Assembly (NCBI RefSeq): GCF_009914755.1
Contig: NC_060933.1
Strand: one strand, 5' to 3'
Length of the DNA: 64,000 nt
DNA from: the human T2T-CHM13v2.0 reference genome, Homo sapiens
Shown here: positions 55,691 through 64,000 of the stretch, one piece after another
How the letters are laid out: each line of letters begins with the position of its first letter
Position numbering within the stretch: the first letter of the stretch is position 1
Notes under the pieces: model-generated
What the model saw: the letters and a program-made list of their open reading frames with translations, nothing else
Database searches by the model: none
Told to the model about the DNA's origin: nothing
Translations under genes and position numbers: made by a program

Positions 55691-57550
55691 TTCTTTCTAA
55701 GCCCTTGGGTGTTTTTCATGCTCCCCTCTTTAAATTCTTCCATCCACTCTGCAGGCACTTGCTATTACTCTCTCTTTACAAATAAGAACATAGAGGCTCA
55801 GGCAACGGGCCCCTGCCTAGGGTCCCACATCTCTGCCATGCTGCAAAGCCTCTGCTGTATTTATTACTCTACGCTGCAGGTTCTGGGAGAAAAGTGGAAA
55901 GACAGAAGCTGTGCCCAGAGAGAAGCGTTTTGGTGCTGAATGTCTTACATGTGGCAACTTTTTTTTGAAGTGTTACGTGCTTGGTTGGCTTCCATGAAGA
56001 CCTCTAGGGCTGAGTTGAAAGCAGCATCAAAAACAGAGAATCCCCAAACAGGTAGGCTAAAAGGTTTCCCTGGAGCAGAATCCTGAAAACATCCCCCTGG
56101 ATTGAAGAGTTTGGGGCAGGGACCTCTGGTGTCTCTTGTGGGTCCTGTGACAAGTCACACACCTTGAGCAGAGCATGAAGGAGCCTGGCTGGGGAGCCAG
56201 TCTGCCTGTGTAAGTTGGCTCAGGCATCAGTATTTTCTTTCCCTCCTCCTCGTACTTCATACCAAATATGGAAACAGATACCTGCCTACCATCTGTCTCC
56301 AAAGAACTACAGCTCCACAGTTCATCGCATATATGGTAGGAGCCAGATGGGGTGATGTGTTCTTTTTTCCTGGGCATTCAGAGAATGGGAAATCCGTGAG
56401 CAGGAAGCAACCTGAGTGATCATCTAGTCATTTGGAGGTGAAGAAAAATCAGGGGCCAGAGAAGCCAAGTTAATTGTCCTGGGACAGTAGCAGGGATGGC
56501 CTTGAACCAAGTGTCTCATCTCCCAGGCTAATGCCCTTTCTACTGAATTGAGCTGCTTTTCATCATCTAGTTGACAATAAGAACTGAAAGCAGATGTGTT
56601 TTCTCTCTTCCTAAGACAATCTCAAGCCCACTGCAGTTGATGTCCAGGATGGGCAGGCATTCTCCCAGAATCCATACTGAATTTGCCATTGACTCTTCTC
56701 AGAACTGAGCATTTTTTGTGTCTGCCTGGCCCTTTACAGGGTAGGGTCTGCATGGCTGTGTTTCACATTTGACTCCACAGTTACCTTCTGTGTTGTGCCA
56801 GCAGTGTTCCCTCGCCTCTAGCAATGTGAAACCTCATTGCAGTTTTGCTCTTTAGCCACTTAATCCCGGCTACATATTAATAACACAAGTCTAAACCATT
56901 AGGAATTATTGAGGTTGAAAAGGTGCAGGCAGAAGTGGCCTGGAATGACAGCTGCTCTCTATTTAGGGCAAAGGTGATCATAATTCATAAAGAGCAATGA
57001 ACTCGTTTTTGGACTAACAGAGTAAGAGTCAAAAGATTGGGAAGATCTGAAGGCTCCCCGATCTTGGATCCTAGAACTTAGAAAAATACAGAGGCTGCTC
57101 TGTCATCCTACTTTCATCCCAAGCAGTTGAGCTCTTATCTAGCTTGACTTTGAATCCTAGTGGGTCTTGGTGACCAGAGATGAACCTTTATTGTAGGAGA
57201 TCACAGAACCAGCTTCTGGGCCTGGTGTACCAGAGGCTGGTATATAGTCAACAGCAGAAAGCAAACGAAATTAGTAAAATCCCATTACCCACTTGAGAAG
57301 ACTTACACAATGCTCTTAAAAATATTTTCTACTGGGCTCAGTGGAAAGGATGGTGGAAGGTTATGGATATAGTTAGGTTTTCATCTTTAATAGGAACATC
57401 AATAATATCTAATACTCCTAAAGTCACTCCTTGTGAAAGTGGTTAAATGTAACTCTATCCACTCCTCTCCTCCTCTCCCCAAAGTCCATCATGTTTTAAG
57501 GGTGGAGATCTGAGTAGTATTCATCCGTTACTCACAAATAGCATCCTCGG

Positions 57551-57672
57551 AGGGCCTGGATGAGGGTCAGGCAAGCCAGGTGCTTAGGGCACAAAATTTC
57601 AGAAAGCTCTCACTCTGAGAGTCCTAAAATGCTGTGTGCCAGAGCCCTGGCTTGCCTAACTGTTTCCCGCCT
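57551..57672. mobile_element. MER96-like hAT MITE
   Basis: agggcctggatgagggtcaggcaagccagg...agggcacaaaattt...ctcactctgagag...cctggcttgcct; internal inverted repeat aggcaagccagg / cctggcttgcct. Confidence 0.6.
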
Positions 57673-58151
57673 CATCACCCTCTTGAGTATCTGACACGCA
57701 GCAGATGGGTGGTGAATATTGGTTTGCATGCTATTCTCTCCACTACTTGAAATCCTCTGTCTCCACATCACCTGCAGAAGACTGAATGGGGCCAACACCA
57801 CACTCTGTGAGCTGAGCTGGCTCCTGTATCCAGTCTAGCCTTAGAGACCTTCAGGCTTTGCCTTACACTCCACCAATGTTAAACTCCTTAAGGCCCTCTC
57901 CCATGGGGTCTAGCAGAGTTGATATTCAGTAAAAGGTTGATGAATGAATTGATGTGTCAGTCCGGAAACACTGATACTACACTGATAGAATGAGTCCAAA
58001 TTATGACTGAGATAGAAGACCTAAGGAAGTGATCTGGTAGTGTCTAAGTGGGCAGGCTCTGGAGTCAAACTGCCTTGGTGTGAATCTTCATCAGGACCTC
58101 TGTCTTCCACATCAGATTTTCCCTAAGCTTCAATTACCTCCTTCAAAAGCA

Positions 58152-58273
58152 AAGGAGGGAGGAAGGCAGGGAGGGAAGAAGGGAAGAATGGAGGGAGGGA
58201 GGAATGGAGGAAGGAAGGGAGGAAGAAAGGGAGAGGGAGGGAGGCAGGAAGGAAGGAAGGAAAGAAAGAAAAA
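58152..58273 (+). repeat. (GGAA/GGGA)n purine-rich repeat inside a MIR
   Basis: Directly visible; MIR flanks 58030-58150 and 58280-58370. Confidence 0.9.
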
Positions 58274-59932
58274 ATCTACTTCATTGATGTGCAGGTTTAA
58301 AAAAATAGTTAATGTAAATCCTTAGCAGAACAGCTGACACTTATAGTACTCAATAAGTGGTGGTTAATGTTCTTACAAATTGGAAACAAAATTCAATCTT
58401 TGAGAAGTATTTATAAATCTACTGACTGCAGCTGAATTTCAGAAGGTGACAGTGACATAGAGCTAGCACTTAGATGCCTCCGGTCACCCTGAGATGTCCA
58501 AGTCCTCTCTTTAACAGGTGCCTGCCAAGACCAAGACAGGGAGACACTTTTCCCAGCTCCAAACTTGCCCTGGAAGAGATCACAGAAGAATAAAGGCGTG
58601 GAGTCTGGGTTTCCATGTCTCAGTTGCAAGACCCTGCACCAGAATTTGTTACCTCATTACTTAGTGTCTGAGCCTTGAAGAAAACATGTAAATTATGCAG
58701 AAAGGCACCATATTGTCGGAGGCAAATGAGACCTTCATTATCCCTGTGTGAGCAGAGCTTAGCCAACAGAGCAGAGAGAAACAGTAAACCCTTCAAGGTC
58801 TGGCAGCACAGATGGGTGCCCAAAAAGGTTCCAGGGACCCTCAGAGCAGGGCCAAACGCTGTCGTTATTCAAGTGGTTAACACATGGCTAGGCACGTGGT
58901 GTGTTCCTAATGATTTTGCTTCTCTGCAGCCTTCTCCAGGGGAGGCTGCTCTTCTGCCCACAATCCTCACTACCACGTTGTTAAAACACACAGCCTACAA
59001 CCCAGGGGGTTTGCATTCTCCTGGGTCCCATGGTGATTAGCAGGAATGTCCATTCCCCTGGGATTCCAAGACCCTCTGACTCCATGACTCACGATACTAG
59101 GCTGTATCATCGTCTCCTACCACCAGCCCTCTACTTACACTTGAACTATATTTAAATTCATCCTCTGTGTTTACTGGAGACCATGGCATCTAGTGCTTGG
59201 CATAAAGTAGATATTCATTCAACATTTGCTCAATGTTGGCATCAGTTCACAGTCTTCCTCTCCATCCCCAACCCCTGCTGCCATCTCAGATGCCCTTGAG
59301 ATCTGTTAAGAGATCCTTCCAGCATCTCTTCTTCCAGAATCTCACTTTACCTGTTTTCATAGCCTTCTCTTCCATTCCAGGAACTCACATTTATGGCCAC
59401 AGTTTGCCCCTGCCAACATTTACCTCTGAAACCTTGACTTCAAAACATTGTCCATCTGACCACAACCTCGTATTCTGTCTCCTCTCCCACTCCCCACAGG
59501 ACTGATCCAAACCACCACCACTTTTCTCAAGTCCTGTTCCACATCTGTTCTGTCGCTATGCCACCGGTCTCACCTCACATAGTAAATGTTACCACATATA
59601 AATTATTCTCAGATTCCCTCCAGCTTCTGACCTGGCCATTCACTTCCACAGTTAACTATATTTCCATCTGTTATTATTTCTTCTCTTGTGGTCCCTTAGG
59701 AAGAAAAGCTTCTTTTCAAAGCTGATCCTTCCACTCTTGAAACCTGTGATCATCTGCTTGAAATAGTACGTATTTCAGCAACCTCTTTCTTCTATCACTC
59801 CACCTCTAAAGTTACCTTGTATTTGCCAAACCCAGTGAACTTGTAGTTACTCAACTTTGTGTTGATATATCTAAAGCGTTTCACAAGTTTGGCCATATCT
59901 TTTCACTTAGAACCCTCTTCTCTGTCATCTAA

Positions 59933-60314
<382 letters not shown>

Positions 60315-63300
60315 TGTTCATTCTTTAAATACAGGCGTTCTTGGGGAATTCATCCTGAATTCCCTTTTTTTTCTTGCTCTTTACCCACTTCTTGGGTCAC
60401 AGTACCTACTCACATGGCTTCTACTGTATCTGTGTCCATATCATCACTCCCCCATCAATATCTCCCTTGTCCTCTCCCTTGAGCTTCAAACCCATATATC
60501 CAACTACACATGGAAACCTCCACCTTGATGGAGGGCCTCGACCTGCTCCAGACCCTGTGCAGTCTCTTCCCCAGCACATCCACTTGGCACCTGAATTATG
60601 CAACTCACTTGTGGCCCCACAATCCATCTAGCTGAGACTCAGGCATGTGAGGCAATAGACCATGATCTGACATACATAGTGTTTTTCCTTCTGTCACTGA
60701 GATGGGCTGAGCAAGGGCTGGGTTTGCTGTGGGATCGACTGCAATAGTTAGCTGTAAAGTAAATGACCATAAAGAGTAAAGGAACTTTAACCTGAAAAGG
60801 AGGTATTTCCAGCTAGGATAGAAGTTATGTTGTTATTATGAAATTGACTGGGAGGTAGGGTTCTCTAGGGTCTTGCAAAGAGAAAGAGATAGAAATTGGG
60901 AAGCGATCTCTGGCATTTAGCAGCAGGAGGCCTATGTCATTAAATTACACCAGTGAAACTCACTCTTTTAAGTTCTATACAGTTTGGAAAATATAGTTTG
61001 AGTACCTGTATATTGAACTCTGGGATGGGGTAAAGAAAGAACAGATTACGGTCAAGTTTTCCACCACTACCACTACCACCACCACCTCAATCCTTATCAC
61101 CTACCAGATGTGACTTGTGAAAAGCAAAGAGAACTTTATGTTTGTAAATAGAGATCAAAAGTAGCTAAAGCCAAGCAGACCTACAGAAAAGTCATAGACT
61201 AGCAAGATCAACATTTTGGTCTCTACTTCTGTCTTTTTGAATATCGTGATTTAAATGTTCTGCCTTTGTCCTATTGTAGACATTTCTATAATGACGATAG
61301 CTATTATTTTGGTACCCCATACTAGCCACAGGTAAGTCAAGTGGCTGAAGTTGCAGACGAGGTACCACAGCACCCCTCAAGGCAGGCCAGTCTGAGTACT
61401 CTGAAAGCAGCCTCTGCGTGTGGCTGGCCAGCCCAGCTGAGGTCTGATTGGTGGAATTGCTTCATGATCTGATTGATCCAAATTTTAGGCAGTGATGACA
61501 TTTACAAAAGTGTGCATTGCAGTGACTATTCCTGCTGTGATGTCATGGCAAGAAAATTGTATATGGAACGAAGCACTTTGCTCTTGATTAAATATGTAGT
61601 TCAACAGATTATGCAAATAATGTATCCCCAAACACATCTCCAAGTAAAATGGACTGAAAATGTGTGAACCTGTATATTATAGCTGAGGCGGTATGAATGC
61701 CATTTCATATGTGCAAAGGTGGAAGCAATATCACATTTTAAAGCCACCCCTCCTGCAAGCTGTAGAGAATTTAGCCTCAGTCTTCTTGGGGGTTTCTCCC
61801 AGAGTAGGGCAAATTCATTTGTTTATACAGATCAGCCTAAGACAGCCCAACTGCATATGGTCCTTTGGGGTTCATTGCTTCTGGCTGCTTCTGGGGCAAA
61901 GTGCTATTTACCAAGCCTGGAACCCAGGCAGCCCTTCTCCTCTGATGCCTACCAGGATTAGGGTCCTGCTGCTGACCTTTCAGCCCCTACTTGATTTCTA
62001 TCGATCCTTTCTTTAGTCTCTCTTTTAGGGTTTCCCTTGGTAGCAGTCTCCCTTGAGGTCACTAGGCTTCCTCTCCTCAGTGAGCTTAGATTTTGGGAAG
62101 CAAAAGGCAGAAAGGGAAGTATTTTGCAAGCAACTCCTGCTTTTTATTCTATCAAGAACTTCCCTTGAGGTAAGAAGGCACAGAGCCTCCTCCCTGCCTA
62201 AATGGTGATGGGAAAGAAGAGGACACAGAGGAAAACTATCAGTTTGTATCTCCAGAACTTACTCTGCCATTTAGAGTTTCCATGGGTGTGCACTTGAGTG
62301 AGTGACAGATCGGTTACCTACAGGAAAAGTAAGATGAGATTGTTTGGGAGACAGCTCTCAGATGGTGTCACAGCCTGCTGTTACCACTATTCCTGATGAA
62401 ACTGTCATTTGGCAACAAAAGTAGATCCTGCCTTCTATTCCAATGCAAGATCTGTGTCTTATAGGAGTACTTTTCCACATGTATTATTTAATCTGAGTTC
62501 CTTTAACCCTCTCATGAGAAAGGCTGTATGATCCCCATATCAGCCAAGACCAAGACTCTTAAGAAGCGAAGCCATCTAGCTAGTGTGAGGTGGGGCTGGG
62601 ATGTGAACCTGTGTCTATCCGGCTCCTGGTCTCTGTGCTCCTTGCAACTCGGACAGCACACTGGCACACTGGCTCCCTTCCGTCTCCCCACACACACAAC
62701 AGAGCTGCCCACCGCAAGGCTCAGAGCTCAGGCAGCCAGGCGGGCATCCTTTCACCTCTCTCCTCAGCCCATGAGTCTTTGGCTGTGCTGCTATTTTACA
62801 TGGAGCCTCCTTTTCCCACCCAAATCCAGCTCAAGCTGCCTCCCTCATGACTCACCATCCAGAGGACTGTGAACTATGTCTCCCTGTCCTTCTCCAAATT
62901 AACCATCCCTCTCTAGTGACCCTTACCTCGCCTCCCTCATACTTTGGGATTTATACACATGTCTCATGTCCCCCAGTACTCTAGAGGCTCTGAGGTGGCA
63001 TGACCATGTCTGATTTATTGCTACACTCCCAAGAAACATGGTCTGATACCTAGGAGATACATAAGAACTGTCCATGGAATGGAAGAATGAACAGATAGAT
63101 GAGTAAATGAATGTATGTATGAAAAAGGGAATAAATGAGTGAATGAACTAATGAAATGAAAGTGAAAACCCATAGAGGATGGCAAGAATGCCAAGCAGCC
63201 ATTATACAGAGTGATGAGATAGGATTCACTGCAAAGCATGCTGGAGAGAAGAAACACTGAGATTAAGATGATTCCAAAATGCAAATATGGCTGCAGGTCT

Positions 63301-63459
63301 AGGGAACTGAAAAACACTCTTTATGTCCCACTAGCCCCATGTTTCACTCTGGACTTACTTTATGGGGAAGTGGTATACTGGTTTCTGGAGCTCACTTTCA
63401 TAAAGCCCTAGCCCTTCCTCCTGTTCATTAATAAACAGTTACAGGACAACAGCACTATA

Positions 63460-63960
63460 ATAGGTAATAATTCTGGTGTACCCACCATGTGCCAGGCATT
63501 CTTCCAAGTACCTCATTCAATTCTCACAACAATAAGATGAGACATAGACTGTTATTTATCTGATTTTACAGATGAAAAAATGGAGGCTTAGAGAAGTCAA
63601 ATACTTTTCTTAATGTCACTCATTTAATAAATGGCAGAACTAGAATTCAAACCCATGTTATCTGACTTCAGAGCCATCCCTCCTAATCACTCTCCCATCA
63701 AGCAGCACATTCCTATGGCCGGCTGGCTAGGAGACTAAGTTTCCATTCATTGAGCACTTGCTCTGTGATTCACCAAACATGCTGTAGACATTCAATCCAC
63801 AATAACCTCATGACTGAAGGACCAGACCATTTTGATCCCCATTTTACAAACAACGACACTAAGGTTTGTGTGACCAAGTGATGCCACTAGAAAATGACAA
63901 AGCTGGGATTTGAACCCAAGTTGGCTTATTCCAAAACCAATGCTGTTTACCACACTATTC
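63460..63960 (-). mobile_element. Two MIR elements
   Basis: ccatgtgccaggca...attttacagatga...gaattcaaaccca; ccccattttaca...ctgggatttgaacccaag. Confidence 0.75.
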
Positions 63961-64000
63961 TGTATCCCAGAAGAAGCACTCATTTTCTTTCTCCTTCAAT

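Overview
Catarrhine primate (most likely human) non-coding genomic DNA, intronic or intergenic. It is dense in interspersed repeats: about 12 Alu copies, MIR and L2 relics, a near full-length old L1 with nested insertions, a near full-length Tigger1 plus a Tigger1 remnant, Tigger3a, MER5/MER58/MER63/MER96, two MADE1, and MaLR, ERV1 and ERVL solo LTRs. I can support no protein-coding exon, structural RNA gene, CpG island or CRISPR array. The ORF track is chance ORFs plus decayed Alu, L1, Tigger1 and low-complexity translations. Two signals not explained by standard repeats stand out. (1) A ~300-bp L1-mediated retrocopy of a non-repeat mRNA 3' end, with AATAAA, poly(A) tail, target-site duplication (TSD) and L1 endonuclease site (20107-20437). 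(2) An A-B'-A-B duplication/inversion scar in non-repeat sequence that makes a 99-bp-arm, 93/99-identical hairpin (30782-31064). Repeat family names come from recalled consensus sequences and boundaries are approximate unless a TSD is quoted. I found no convincing novel multi-gene system.
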